Positions 1-14,408 of a stretch of DNA of 64,000 nt are shown one piece after another; position 1 is the stretch's first letter; each line of letters opens with the position of its first letter. The notes below the pieces were generated by a model. It made no database searches, was not told where the DNA came from, and worked only from the letters and a program-made list of their open reading frames with translations. Both the position numbers and the translations under genes were made by a program. The stretch spans positions 434,001-498,000 of the forward strand of contig JAQGDQ010000048.1 in the NCBI GenBank assembly GCA_030141605.1, read 5' to 3'. Source of the DNA: Tubiluchus corallicola (lineage: Eukaryota; Animalia; Priapulida).

Positions 1-3000
1 GTAGTAATCTGCCAAAGTGAAAGACGAGCCGTCGTAGGAAAAAAACAAGAAAAAGGGCAAACTATTTCAGTGACACCTGATTCTAGTAGATGCTAATTGC
101 GTAAAAATGTTTCAGAAGACAGCGCAGGGCAAATACTAGTAGCAACTGGTAATATTTGGTAAATGAATCTATGATTTCCGTTGACAGCCACATTGATTGA
201 AAGCATTTTTAGCTGAAACTAGATCAAAATGGTTGCATGAGTCTTAATCACTTCTCAACAAATTTCATAATTTTAGCAACTCAGTTTTCTCATAAATTAA
301 AAAAATAATTTTTCTGAGATGTTTTTGACCAGTAATAGCAGTATCTATCAAACCTACGTAACTTATTACAACGAAGTGTATTGAAAGCAAATGTCGACAT
401 GCAAGTTGTATGTGATATTCTTCAAAATATTTAAATTAGGTTATTAATTATTTAAGATACCAAATGGCGCACGTGCTTATTTGGTTGTTAGAGGAAGATA
501 CACAAGGTACAAAATACAGAAATTCTGACGTAAGTTGGTTTTAGTTTGCAGACATTTCGAGAACGTTTTACTGGAAACCGTATTTGCATGCAGTTTTCAT
601 GTGTATGTTAGCATTTACAATTTGTGCTGCTTGAGTGTAAAAAACGACTCTTGTAATATTCGACATTTTTTCTAACTAAATTAAATCTTAAAGCTGCTAA
701 GCTGTTTTGCTGACATTTGGCTCTTGCGGTAATTTTTAAAACTATGAACAACCTTTAAAGATTTGAGGACATGAAAAATTAGTAAATATACAATCTCGTC
801 ATTTTAAACTTGCAAATTTTTCAATTTGCAGTTGTCATTTTGAATTCCAAAGTAGCTTCCAAAACTGTATTTCAGATATTTTAAAAATATATTTTTTTCC
901 TTAGATTAACCTTATATGAACAATTACATATTTTTCAGCCTGTAAGCTTGTAGTTCATTGCCCCAATATGCAATAGTGATATTGAGTTTTTCATTGGGAA
1001 AAAAAGCTGAAGAATGTTCTGTGTTGGAAAAATTTGATTTTAGTGGGATTTACACCTAGAAACAGGCATCAGACAACATATGCAATAAGCATTAAGCAAC
1101 TTTGTCGCCTGAAAAATGGGGGCAGGATGTAAGTGAATTTACTCCATACTGTAAGCCATGTTGTAGTTGATAATTTGGTTCTTAGATGTGAGGTTTGCGC
1201 TAAAACCATGAATTACATAGAGGGGTAAAACTGGGAAGTTTTCATGCAGGAGCCTAAAGAACATGTATTAAATTGGTCATGTAGGCTCGTAAACGCTCAT
1301 TAAGAACTTTCGTGTGTTTTTAAGACAGAGAAGAATACTGAGCAAAGTTGCCGACACGCCATGATTACTAAACTGTCTCAGGACATGCTGTGCCTTGCTT
1401 TACTAAATAGTTATTGGTGATGATGGTGGCTAAATTGCTCATTATTTAATTAAGGCAACTAGAGGCACCTTGCATACATAGTTAATCGCCGTTGTTCTGT
1501 AGTAGTCATCGTTTCATGATTAGGATTATGATGATATCATCGTGACTTTATTAATTATGAATTACTTGTTTGCGCATTTATCTTCAAAAGTTATACCACA
1601 TCGTGTGTAGTTATGACAATTAATTAATCACAATGCTTAAATTATGTTAATTGTACGAGGCTCTAAAATTTGGTATCAGACCGTTCCAGGTAGAGTGAAA
1701 GCATCGGGACTGTCATGGACTGGACTCAAGTCTTCTCTTCATGTTCCTAGCATGTGCCGTTTATTTGGTAACCAGACTATTTAGGTCTTATTAGGATCAA
1801 TGGTTTGTTCAATAAGATGTAATGATTTTTGAGAAGTACGTTTTAGCGATTATGATATCATTCCGAGCATGCTGGCAGACGGTTAGTAGTAAACTCGTAG
1901 TTCAATGACAGCTCACTGATTCGCAAGATTGTGATTGCCATAAACTTAATATGTAATTTACAGTAAAGAAAATTTCTTTCAACACAGTTTTAATAATAAT
2001 TTAAAAATAGTTGAGGCTTAGATGCATTGGAATGCCTCTGCTAAAATTTATTGAATCAATATTACGGTGGGTAAACCTCATATCAAGCCTACAAACACCC
2101 TTCCTTCGTGCTGTCTTCTCTCAACCACATGGGCAGTCAGAGTATGGGATATTTTTTCTAAGCTTATGTCTTTACGGGCAAAACGGTCTAAAATACACGG
2201 GCAACTGATTCCCTAACAAACTGGCGTTGTTATTGCTGCGGGAGGATGATGATGTAATGAGATCCAAGTGATGCTGCGGATGCTGTGCAGTGATTTTGAG
2301 TGACGCTTGAGGAGACTGTACAGCTCTTCGGTTTTTAGAAGTTGTACAGTTCAGGTCACGCGTAGGTCCCGGTGCTTTTGGAAGCCGATGGTGTAGTTAA
2401 ATTGAGGGGAAGGATAAAACCGATGTACACAAGGGAAGTAAAGGTTTAATTACATTTTTAAATGAGTCCATAACATTTTCCCGTAGCCTTAATTTGTGTA
2501 TCTATATCATTTTGACACTAATTGCCAAGCGTAAAAGTATTTGTTCCTAATAATAGACCAAGCTCTTGTCACTTTTACTCGATTTCTAAATAACGACGTT
2601 TATTACGGTGCAGTCAAGTCTTTCAGTCAGACATTGAGCTGTGAAATTTATGTTTAAGATGCTATTAATTTTTTATAATCTATTTTTGTCCCTATCTTGG
2701 CAAACTTGCTTATTAATTAAGGTCTACATTCTTTATTGAAATACAACCAATACATATCTAATTTCGCAGATTAAATGAATTCAAAATTTGTCAAAATTTC
2801 ATGTGCAAGTTAAAATTCAATTTTGGCTTATATTTTAGAGTATCCAACAGAGCTCAAACTTTTTTCATTGTACGCAGGCTGTTCATAAAATTTCCGTCCT
2901 CGAGAAACACATCAAAAGTTCCAATTTATTTATGTCGTGTTCATTTACCCGGTTTTCTGCTGGATAAACGAAATGCAATAAGCGGCGATGTGCTGGAATG

Positions 3001-4747
3001 GCAAACACACTGTCCTGTCAAAAGGGAGACTTACGCTTAGAAATTAGGAATTTTCGTATTTAATTGTTACAAATTTTTTACGGTCGCATTACTTTGAGCA
3101 CGCTTTGCATGTTTTACTTTGCAGTGATCCTTGATTGGTTAGTTCACCTCTTTATATAAATTAATGTCTTAAACACATGCCATATTCAAGGTTTTTATTT
3201 ACCGTTGACGCCATATAACTGGTCGATAGTGTATAAAAATTATGTGTTCAACCGTAAAGATGGAAAGCGGGAAAGCCTTTAATCTTGGCATGAGAAACGA
3301 CGACGAATGTAAATAACGCCCGTTGATTATTTGCTAATATAATTAATAAACAAACATGGCTTTCGCCGGTGAAAGAGTTAAGTTGGATGTTTACCAAGCC
3401 ACAACTGTTCTGGAGTATGTCTTAAGCATCTTTTGACTTTCGGCTGTCTTGCAGCGCTCACACAGAAGTTCTCACACTAACAGCGGCTAAAGTTTCTCTT
3501 TTTGTCGTATTTGCTTGCTTATGTGTTGGCTTGCCCTATGCTCCTTGCCTTGCATAATTTGCCCAAATTACTCTTATTTGTTTGCTGAACACTCCATGCA
3601 GCGGTACCTACAGGAAGTGCAGACTATAATTGCTGTCAGAAGTTGTGGTGGTGCGCAAAGAAAAATGATTATAATTTTTACCCTGAGCTGTACTAGTTTT
3701 TCCTCGGAAATGTTTTTACAAGAGAAGCTGTCAAACAATATCAGTCGTGAATTTCATGTGAATTAATTAGCACAGATTATTTTAATTTGTTGTGTCAAGA
3801 ATAATCTTTCCGTAAAGATTTCGGGAAAATTAACGAAACACGTAAATTAATACTGTAATAGACTTGTGTGATACCGTAGCAAAGTACAGAGTTGCCCAAA
3901 ACTTTCCCTGAACAAGTAAAAGCTAGAATCAGTCATCTTACCGTTGTCTCTTTCTACTTACTGGACAAGAAACTAGAAATCTTAAGAAAACAAATGTGCA
4001 AGATAGTTTTAGACATCTTGAGACCAATTTTGATGTCACTAAATGATTATTTTGGTCTTTAAATTGAAATTATGAATACGTGTAATTGATTATACTATGT
4101 ACATGATGACAGTCTTTTATGAAATGCTACTAGGCTTCTGGAATTGGCAACAATAAATTAATTAATGCCGCCAATAATTAATTAATTAATTAATTAGTAG
4201 CCAGAAGGCTATTGGTATTATTAATTCGTATGATTGTTCGACTATATACATACTGATTTGAAAGCTACTCGAGCATCATGCTTTCCATTAACTCCTCTTG
4301 ATTTCAGTTTGCTTAGACTAGCCTAATTTCTTGTTTTCAAACTCTTCACAAACCCATCGGCAGCAGCGTTCACCTCTTTACTCAGATTTACGTAGAAGCC
4401 GGTTTCAAGTGTGGAGCCATTCATGGGCGCACAGAGTTATTTTTTGCATAGTATCGTAGTTTTTCTATAGTTCTGCTGGTTTTTCGAAGCATCGTTTGTG
4501 TTATTTTTCAGGTTAGTGTGTGCGTTCACTAACAAAAGCCACCCCAAATTTTGTTACATCGCTTACCACTGTATCATTTTGCGATAGAGCAATGATTTGA
4601 ACCCACAAAGGAGTGATCCGATACTGCCTTCTTCCAGTCAGCTGGGAATTTCAGCTGGTGAAAAGACAGGAATGTGAGATCAAGCCACGTGCATGCTGCC
4701 AACGCGGCCAATATTTGAGAGACATACAAACGTTTTGCTGTGATAAA

Positions 4748-4965
4748 AGAATGAATGAATGAGAGTGTGAACGACGAACGAACGAATGAATGGATGGATG
4801 GACGAATGGAAAACTAAAGACGGACACACCAATGAAAAAAGTGACGAAAGAAAGAAAGAAAAGAAAAATAAACAAGCGATTGACTGACTGACCGACCGGC
4901 CGACTGAATGTATACATGTACGCATAAATAAATGAGTAAGTTGTGAATGAATGAATGAATGAATG
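4748..4965. repeat. Compound tetranucleotide microsatellite (GAAT/GAAC/GGAT/GAAA/GACT)n
   Basis: Directly visible. Confidence 0.9.
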
Positions 4966-5987
4966 ACGTAGACGTGACACAGTCTAGAAGCGTTGTGAAT
5001 TCATACAGCTAACAGTGTTTAATTTTATTATGATGAGGGTACTGGCTAATGAGTGTTGTGAATGATAGAGCTGCTTTTTACTCATAGTTTTGCTGGTTGA
5101 TGCTGTACTGCTGCTGTTAAGTGAATCTTGACAGCGTGACATCCACTATGTGGGCTGTAATAGTTATCGCAAACTGCCAGCAAGTTTCGAAAAGCCAACC
5201 ATTGCTAGGACTGGGGCGAGTAAGCTTACGTGAATGGTTTACTTAATTCAGTTTTGAAAAAAAACAGCTTGAAATTGAAGCTGAAAAACTGCCCTTTCTT
5301 TATCGTGCGAACGTTACGCATTTTTTTCAGTTTAGAAAGACTTGAAGTTTGTAACTTTATAGTTTCTAATCAGTTGGATTTGGCTGCCAAATACCATGGT
5401 TAGCTTGCGTAATTTGTGTATATTTGTCATAGAAACCCTTGCTGTTTATGTTTGCTCCAGCTATGAGATACATTACCAGTATTTTTGTTTGACATTTTGC
5501 CCTCGGGATGAGAGCGTCTATTACTGACATCTCAAGGAAATGAAGCCGTAATACTATCACTGTCTGAACCACGCGAGGAGTACCATGAAGCCACTGAACT
5601 TGCTCAAACTTGATAAAAAATCCCATTATCTGTGTAAACACGCCAAATAAATAAAAACTAATTAAAACCTGACAAACTTAATTGTCTCTTTTCGCTTTAC
5701 ATGCTTCCAAAATTTTTTACTGTGGAAGATTTTTAGTTATCTTCTATATAGTGCAAAACAGAAAAAGTCGTTCGATTGGCGACTTATTAGTAATAGTTAT
5801 TATAAGTTGTTGTTGCTGACTTGCTGATGAGCCTATTTTGTTGTATATGATATGGTTTTTTACTTGATATTCGACATGCCATCTATTGTTGGGTAAATAA
5901 ATGTAAACATGATTTTACTTGATTAATTTTTAAGCGTATGATTTTGAATGATCTTGAGCATCGGAATTTAAATCGTATATTTTCCAG

Positions 5988-6104
5988 GTGTACCAAGATT
6001 TGGGTATAGACGTGTTAGATGCAGTCTTTCAGGGCTACAATGCCTGCATCTTTGCTTATGGCTCTACTGGTACAGGAAAAACGTTCACCATGATAGGAAC
6101 ACAG
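5988..6104 (+). CDS. STARD9: Kinesin exon: P-loop (VYQDLG...[24 protein letters not shown])
   Basis: tttccag acceptor, gtatga donor, 117 nt, phase 0/0. Confidence 0.95.
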
Positions 6105-6603
6105 GTATGAAACAGTACTGATTTTCTTTATAACCTATATTATGTGTATTCAAGAAATTAGTATTTTGTAACATGGCATTAAGTGTTCGTCAGTTATGAG
6201 AATTTAAAGGACCTAGGTGGCACATTTGCTGTACTCGTTTGTCGGCTATGTGTGGTTTTATTTTGTAGTGCATGTTGGTAGCGAGGTTGGCATTGTTGCT
6301 GGTGGTGCTGTTGGTACTGTGGTGGAAGGGGGAAGGGCTGATGTCGTTGGTGGTCTTTATAATCTCATGCGTAGTGGCTGCAGCGTTGGTAGTGCTGATG
6401 GTGGAATAAAGGTGGTGGAATTGTGGTAGTTGAGAGTGTGGCGAGTACTATGCTGTTTTAGAGCACATGACAGTAGCGGGAAAATGACAAAATGTTATTT
6501 GATTTCATGCATATTTGTTTTCTTTATGAGTTTGGCATATAAATGAAGAGCAAAATGTCAGTTTTTTCATTTATTTTTATTGGCGATTTTTTTGTTTTTC
6601 TAG

Positions 6604-6636
6604 GAAGAGCCTGGTTTAACGCCACGTATTTGTGAG
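6604..6636 (+). CDS. STARD9: Kinesin exon EEPGLTPRICE
   Basis: tttttctag acceptor, gtatgt donor, 33 nt. Confidence 0.93.
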
Positions 6637-7764
6637 GTATGTTAACTGCATTGTATGTTTGTAAACTACATTGAGTAGATTGAACAGCTAGGTAATGTAC
6701 ATCCATTAAGTAACTATCACCAGAATGCATAAGCTCTGAGTTCGAATCGCGGTAGAGGAAAATGTTTTCTATTTTTCTAATTTGCTCAACTCTTTCACGA
6801 AGTCTCATACGATGTCTTCAAACTGTACAGAATGTGATTTTCATTTAATACTCTGATGCATGATGACTTTGGTAATAAATTATCTGAAAGATTGAAATTT
6901 CTCTGTGAAACAAAATTTTACAGACTTTATTGCTGTTTTAATTATTCTAATTTATGTAGCCCACAAAAAGTTAACATTTTACATTATACTACAGTTTGTG
7001 AAAATCTGTTTTTTGGAGTGTTTCAAAAAAGAGGGATTTCAAAAAAAACGTTTTTATTCTTGCATTTAAACAAAACACGGTGATGAGAATAACATTTAAA
7101 GGACTTTGTTAAAATTATGTAAGTAGAGGAAGATTATACAGAGGCATAAGTGTTGGATCGTCATGAGAAGAGTTGAAATTTGTTAATGCTAAGTGGATGA
7201 GCCTGTATCTATTTCTAAGTGTACTTTAACGCATGTATGATATATACCTTTCATGGTGATTAGAAACATCTGTGTAGACGGACATTTTTTCTCTTAACAC
7301 TTTTTTCATTTCTCTTCTGATTGCTCGGCTTTCTAATCTGACAGCTCTACCAAGCCTGTCTTATGAAGCCAGTAAGTGTTGCACTCATACAGCTGGGCTG
7401 GTTTCTGTTTCTTACAAAATCTTTAGTTGTTGCATAATACCCACCGGGATTCCATCAAACATCTACAGAAGCATGTGGTGTGGTTCAACATTGTGTTAGT
7501 GCATTCTTAACCATGTAAAAACAAACAGGCTATTTACTGCAATAATAGCTTGCATTTGAGAATTATCATTCAGCTGCCTAATGACTAGTTTCTCCAACTC
7601 TTCAGTTTTTTTTGGCAATTTTTTGAAGAGCAATATGATTTATCTTTGCCAATCAACTATGTAGGTGGCGCCTTGAAAAATTAAGTAATTATCCAGAAAA
7701 TGAATGTAGCACACTGGGTATTACTAGTTCTGCTGAATTCTCATTCTTATAGCATAGTCAATTA

Positions 7765-7885
7765 TTCATTCAGTCAGGCAGCCATTTCATCAGTCAATCA
7801 GTTAATACCGCAGCCATTTTTCAGTCAATCAACTAGTCAATCTAGCAGTCAGTTAATCTACAAACCAATGTATCAGTCAGTCAGC
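7765..7885. repeat. Degenerate (CAGT/CAAT)n low-complexity tract
   Basis: cagtcaatcagt... repeats. Confidence 0.6.
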
Positions 7886-9199
7886 TGGTCACTCTATTGC
7901 TAAACTTCATATTGAAGCCTATTTTACATGGAACTATGACAATACTTGGAACATTTGAATGATACATATAACTTACAGGAACTTACTATTTCTACTAGTA
8001 TAGCTTTCTTGGTAGCTCATGTGCATCTCAGCTTGATCCATGGCCATTTAATTGTAGTGTCAGTTCCGGTAGCTAATAAATAAAATTAAAACTTTTATTA
8101 ATTCTAAATTGTTAATTGACCATTCACTGCAAGCAAGTAAGTTGTTGATGTAATTTGTTTGTTCTCCAAACTTCAGTGGTGAAGTTCAGAATTTGTTTAA
8201 TTTTGAAGAAGAAAAAACTCAAAGATTTGAGTACGGTTTTTGTTGAAAGCACTACATTAATTTCAGTCTGTTATCTCATTATGGCTTCAGCAAAAATTTC
8301 GGCTGTTTTACGATCTGAACCATGGTAATTTAAAGTGTAAAATTACGCAGAGATAGTCAGCAACACGAGTATAAATAAACCGAGTGGTTCCTCAAGCGGT
8401 GCAGAGGTGAATTATTACTGTGCGCGCGAGAATGGCAAATAAACGTTAACTATGCCCCGTTTCCTTTCTTCAAAGACACAAGGCTTGTTTATGTGTGAGC
8501 ATCTGGCATGCAGTCATAAATTTCTCTGGTCTTTGGTGCACGATGACTCATACTATACTATACTATAGCTGCCCGAGGCTAACAAGTAATTAGTTGCCTG
8601 GTAGAGATTTTTTACTGCTCAGTGAAGGGGAACGGGGAAGCCTGGCCCAGCGTGATATGCCAGATTCTGAATTATGATTGCAATTTGTACTGGTCGTTTG
8701 AAAATCTATATCTGTTATACCATACTGATTAAATTCGTGTTATATTTTTAAGTACTCAATCCGTCTGTAAACCAGCCTATTACGCTCTTAACTTATGCCA
8801 ACAGACTTTGCTTTGCCTGATTGCCGTCTTATAAGTATGTTTTGCGGTTGTAATCATGTATTGTGCTGAGATAACTGTTTTCGTTGTGCACGTTGTTTAC
8901 TTTCCACTTGTTTCTCAGTAGCTTTATGATCTGAGGACAAAACAAAAGCAAGTTTTAAATTTTACAATTGCATTTACTGTAGTAAACTAACACCCAAAGG
9001 CATATTATTTGCTCTGCATAATATATCGTGCTGGTAATTTTGTTTTATATCTATTAAAAAATATGTATGAATGTTAGTGTATTTGTCGTATATAAATTTA
9101 TAATAACATGTTCACTAAAGATAAGCTCATTTGTATTTAAGGAATGTTCATTAAAAATAAACTGATTGTATATCGTTAAATGTTTGTTTTGTATTTAAG

Positions 9200-9261
9200 G
9201 GACTGTTCTCCAGAATGGACGAAAGCTCTGAGGAAATGGTCACTTACAGAACTGATGTGAG
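9200..9261 (+). CDS. STARD9: Kinesin exon GLFSRMDESSEEMVTYRTDVS
   Basis: tatttaag acceptor, gtgagg donor, phase 0/2, continues RICE-GLF. Confidence 0.9.
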
Positions 9262-9532
9262 GTGAGGTGTTTCAAGCTTAGCCCCTTCAATTTGATTGTT
9301 ATTTGCTCAATTGCTGAGTACTAATTAAAAAATATCGCGTAATAGTATGTGAGTTATGGTTGACGTGCTTATAGATGTGCTGGGATTTATGAAACTTTTT
9401 TTATTAGTCGCAGATTCACAGTTATATGCTTCGCCTCTGACACCTTATTAATTATACTAGAGTTCTATGGCTATGCTGTTTTTAGTCTTGGTTTCATAGT
9501 TTTTCAAAAAAAATTTACCGTGTTTTGTCTAG

Positions 9533-9648
9533 TTTTATGGAAATCTATAATGAGCGTGTTCGTGATCTGCTTTCTTCGCAAGATGCACGAAAAAACAGTT
9601 ACTCACTCAAAGTCAGGGAACATCCAAAACAGGGTCCATATGTTCAAG
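9533..9648 (+). CDS. STARD9: Kinesin exon [13 protein letters not shown]...[12 protein letters not shown]
   Basis: Canonical kinesin-3 motifs; tctag acceptor, gtacgt donor, phase 2/1. Confidence 0.95.
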
Positions 9649-10425
9649 GTACGTACATATACGGGGCAATTGTCAGAATGGTGGCACCTGATGTTAATTT
9701 TCCTTATTACGTGGATTTATACCGGGTCATAAATTTCTATAAAAAAGTTTATTGTGTATTTTTCTACTGATTTTCAAGGTCATTTTAAGATCATTTGTAG
9801 TTATTCCAAAAATTATGCACTGAAAACTGATAGTCCAGCAGTTTCTGTCAGTGTCGTTCTGAAATTCTTCAAGTAAAACCCCGATTTATAAACAATCTTA
9901 TAATCAATAAAGCATGAACTGTCTACTTAATGTTTTTCTATACTGTTTGCCTCTTAGAGATGGTAATAAGCCTGAAAGATACATGTTAGAGCAGTGATGA
10001 CAATGCATGGAAGAGCCACATAAATTCTGAAAGACAAAGACGATGGGTGTTCCTTAATGTGCACTCTGCAGCAAAACAGCTTTGAAACAGACCTGAAAAA
10101 TTATGATATTTTATTTCTTAAACGATGTGGCTGTCTTTTCTCATTGATGTTATTAACAAAGTTTAATGACATTATCACTTAAGAAATATAAAGGCAATTT
10201 GAATCAATTAGAAGGTTCACTCATCTGATTCTAAATTCAACAATCATTATGAATTTCATGCCTCATTTATTAAATGATCCATAATTTTCAACGGAACATT
10301 TAAAAATTGGTATCAGAATGAATTAAATAATTAAAAAATAATTTAATGTTCATTGGGCATTACTGATGTTGTTTTGACGCCTTCATTACGTGATGTTGTT
10401 TTTGAATTCTATTAATATTTTACAG

Positions 10426-10495
10426 ATCTTTCCAGACACTTGGTTGCAGACTATGTTTCCTTGCAGCGATTAATTGAAAAGGGAACCATTAATCG
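10426..10495 (+). CDS. STARD9: Kinesin exon DLSRHLVADYVSLQRLIEKGTINR
   Basis: tttacag acceptor, gtgatt donor, phase 1/2. Confidence 0.92.
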
Positions 10496-10914
10496 GTGAT
10501 TTTTTTTGTAAAAGTTATAGAAATGCAAAAATAAGTATTTTAGCTTTCTAGAGATATAACAAATAAAAATTTTGATGCTACTTTTAACCACTGCTTTGCA
10601 TCTGTGCAGAAATATGCTATACTAAAAAGAAATGAATATCATAAAATTAGAATTTTGATAATATAGGGTATCCTTATAGAGGTAAATATGTTTGTATTTT
10701 GTCAATGTATAAATTATGTGTTTCAGATACAATTGTCAAGCAAGCAGTTAACAATTATATGTGAGAATGTCACTGTCACAACCTCTGATTTTTTTTCTGG
10801 TTTACTTACAGAAATTGATGCAATACAGTTTCAGCTGCTGAATAGGTGTTTGAATATTATTACTACTACGAAAACTGTTTTGTAAATTTTCTAATATCTT
10901 GGATATTTTTGTAG

Positions 10915-11055
10915 GACAACTGCCGCAACGCATTTCCATAATACGAGTAGTCGAAGCCATGCTATCTTCACCATTCATTTTACTCAAGCTCGATTAGATG
11001 CTGATTTACCAAGTGAGACAACGAGTAAAATCTACCTGGTTGACCTAGCGGGCAG
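10915..11055 (+). CDS. STARD9: Kinesin exon with switch I (SSRSH) and switch II (LVDLAGS)
   Basis: [24 protein letters not shown]...[11 protein letters not shown]; gtag acceptor, gtgagt donor. Confidence 0.96.
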
Positions 11056-13060
11056 GTGAGTGAATAACTCGTAGATAAATATGATTTAGAAAAGTTAAAG
11101 ATTGCATACTATTTTTCTATTTAAATAATTTGTGTTCTTGGTGCCTAGCATTTATTTACATGAAATTTATGGAACTCGGACATGACACAAAATTCAATCA
11201 GTATTGTCATTGACTGCGCTAATAATTCGTGTGAAACTGTTATTAGCAATCGCTCTATCACTTATTTTTTCGTCTACAAAATTTTTGAGACCTTGACAAC
11301 TGAAGACCCACTTCCATGACCATCAATCATCATAGATGGCGTCGGTGTTTATAACGCCAGCAGAAGAATCCTGCAGGTAAAAATGCCGAAAGATAACTGC
11401 TCCCCGGAGGTTTCGGCTGACATGAACAGGCTATCTACTAGATTTCTCTTCCTTACCCGAGGGACGTTGCTTCTGTCTTGCCCCATAATGCTTTAATTCA
11501 TTATGATAAATAACTAATGAAATTTCTGATGAATTATGCACAATGCTCCAGTGGTTTCATTGAATCAGGAGCAAGCATGTTTTGATCGTATCAGATTACT
11601 GAGTTAATTGTTGTTTAGGAAGTATTTATTGGAGGGCGTCATCTGCTGATTAGGCAATTTTCACCTGTATTATGTGTACCCCATGCGATAATTAGAATAA
11701 TTGTTTCATTTCACTATGACAAATTAAACTTGGTGATGAAGATGGCTTTCCTTAAATAAATGTGAAAGTTTGATGCAAACTTTGGTTCCTCCTCAATACT
11801 TTTATTTTTCAGTTTGATGAAAATGAGTAGATTTAGGCCAGGGAGATAAATTTCGTTTTAGGTCAAATTGATTATTTAATTCTTCTAAATACTTGAAAAT
11901 TACCATGTTATGTTTGAAAAAATGCGACCTATTTACATCTATAAAACTGTGCTTACTCTAGCATAACTTTTTTATCCCTTTAAATGCATGACACTGTGTT
12001 TCTTTATGCATTGAAAGCTTTATTAAAAGCCGTAATGTAATTTATTGTAACTTTCCATTAAATATCCGTGAGCGTTGCTTTTACTAGCGGGTCATTTATG
12101 ATTGTTGATTGTTACAGCATTATACTGTCATTAATTTATACGCTGTCTATAAAACGTCCATAGTACAGAAAGTGGTGTGACATATTCCATGCTAATCCAT
12201 CATTACTTTTAAATTTTTTAATTAATGTTTCGATTTAACCGAATCAGTCATAAAATTGAATATTTGTGTCTATAGCTTTATTTCATGGATTGACCCATGT
12301 AGGAATTAAAGCACAAAATCCCAGTCATACATTTTATTTGTTTAATCATTATTGGGAGATGACACATTTGATTGAATTGTTACTTTGAAATGATATAACT
12401 GATTGGTGGTAGTGAAGCCAACTGAAGCCATATGAAGAGTACATCATCAAGTGTACTTTGAAAAATAACAGATATTACCAAAGTGGTTTACAAATTGTAT
12501 ATAAAGCGTCATTAATTGTTCTATTTGATGCGAAGATGAATGTGAAAATCTATATTTCGACAATGAACTTTCCAGCATTGCGGTGTTTTAATTCTGTTTA
12601 TGAAATGCATTGATGGGATTCGATTTTAAAATTTACATTGCAATCATTCAGTGTCGGAGTTGAATATTGCTTATCTTTCAAACAATAAATATTTGCTTAT
12701 CTATTTGATAAAGCCGAATCTTTTGTCACTAGCTGTCATAGTTAAACTTCACCAATTCAAGTGCTGAAGTAAACCTCACCTGCTTTTTAATTATTAGTAA
12801 CTTTTGCAGTTAACCCCTCACTCATCTAAGTGCTATGTTGAACCTTACTTGGTGGTCTGTAGCAGGCAAAACCTTCATCAGTCCAGTCGCTAAGTTGAAT
12901 AGCATCTTTTTGCTTATCAAAGGCATCATTAAAAGTCTTTGCCTGCCTGCCCAAATGCAGATTGAATTAACCATTGTAGTTGATTAAATTTGTTAAAAAT
13001 AAATTCTTTTAGCTATTGTTTTTTGGCAAGTTATTTTCATTTGTATTTTTGCTTTTTTAG

Positions 13061-13158
13061 TGAGCGTGCTGCATCGAATCAATCAAAGTGCAGAGTAAAA
13101 GAAGGTGCAAATATAAATAAATCTCTAGTCATGTTAGGAAATGTTATATCTGCCTTAG
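13061..13158 (+). CDS. STARD9: Kinesin exon ERAASNQSKCRVKEGANINKSLVMLGNVISAL
   Basis: ttttttag acceptor, gtaagt donor, phase 2/1. Confidence 0.96.
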
Positions 13159-13663
13159 GTAAGTATAGCCTGTTAATTATTTATCTATATTAGATTGTAA
13201 AAAATCGTATAAAGTTCAGAATAAGAATAAAAATATTTGTGGGGTATAAAGATATTTAGAGAGAAGCTGTCGATATAAGCTTTTTAAAGAGAATAGTAAA
13301 ACTACTTCTACAGATGCTTGTGACATATTGATTAATCAAGCATGTTGTCATTATGACATATTATTTTGTAGTTTAAAAAGATATTTAGTATGAAAATGAC
13401 GTTATCAGCTTTATATTGATTGATAACTTATTATAAGAAGATATTGCAACTAACGTCTACAGATGCTTGATTTTTCAAATGAACTGTATTGCTAAAAAAT
13501 ATTCGGCTTGAAAATTGAGTAATCATACTATCAACCACATGAATGAGTAATGATAGGAATGCTCATACAATTAATTCGTTTGCTACATTGGATAAATATT
13601 TGTAGCTTAGTGCTGTGCTAAGTAGTGTTAAGTATACTGTGTTATTATCTTGTTTCATTTTAG

Positions 13664-13861
13664 CTGACCGATCAAAAAGAATGGCTCGCACTCACTCAGA
13701 GACAAATAGCTTAGCTGGCAGCAGCAGCACTGGCGAGTCTAATAGTCCAATTGGCAGTCCTCAGAAGTCCAAGCAATCTTTCATTCCTTACAGAGGTTCT
13801 GTCCTCACTTGGTTACTCAAGGACAGTTTAGGTGGCAATTCTAAGACGATTATGGTAGCAA
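13664..13861 (+). CDS. STARD9: Kinesin exon: loop-12 insertion + [26 protein letters not shown]
   Basis: ttttag acceptor, gtaagt donor, phase 1/1. Confidence 0.96.
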
Positions 13862-14408
13862 GTAAGTTTTAAGTCTCTGAGTCTGCTGTTTAAGTCTGTA
13901 TTTAATGTAGAGTTTTTTGCATGGAAGGAAATAAAATTCTAAAAACTGTATTGCACAGTTTTGCCTTTGCTTAACTTAGTTTTACTTCGCAATATGTCCA
14001 AACATTATTGTCATTTTTGTCGAGAATACTGTTCTTTTTGTGGCAGAATACTCTCTTTTTTGTAGCAATAGCTTCAATTTAGCATGAAAGTTTAGTTGAT
14101 GCACTACACTACTTACTTCTTAAGGCATGTTGTACATTTACAATGTAAACTACGTGCATGTGCTTCTCATAGCAGTTTGAAGTGCGATTAATGGCACGAA
14201 ATGTTTACACACTTGTTTGCTGAGATCAAAGTTTTGTTAGTTCGATAAACACAAATTTACAATCTTTCTGACATTAAAGGAATCCCTTGCCAAATCTAGC
14301 AAATTTAAATACCTCTGTCCTAAACTTTTTCAAATTAATACTGCTGTTGTTCCCATCTTGTTTCATTAGTAGAACAAGTGCTTAGCTGTTAATTTTTATC
14401 ACTTTCAG

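Noticed and set aside
4651-4980. Minus-strand ORFs of 109 and 81 aa
   Set aside because: Produced by tetranucleotide microsatellites (HSFIHSF...).
1-5987. First kinesin exons (VAVRVRP, FDYSYWS motifs)
   Set aside because: Not found by eye; they presumably lie upstream of the window.
6217-6429. Val/Gly-rich 70-aa ORF
   Set aside because: A GGT/GTT low-complexity tract inside a short intron between two verified exons.
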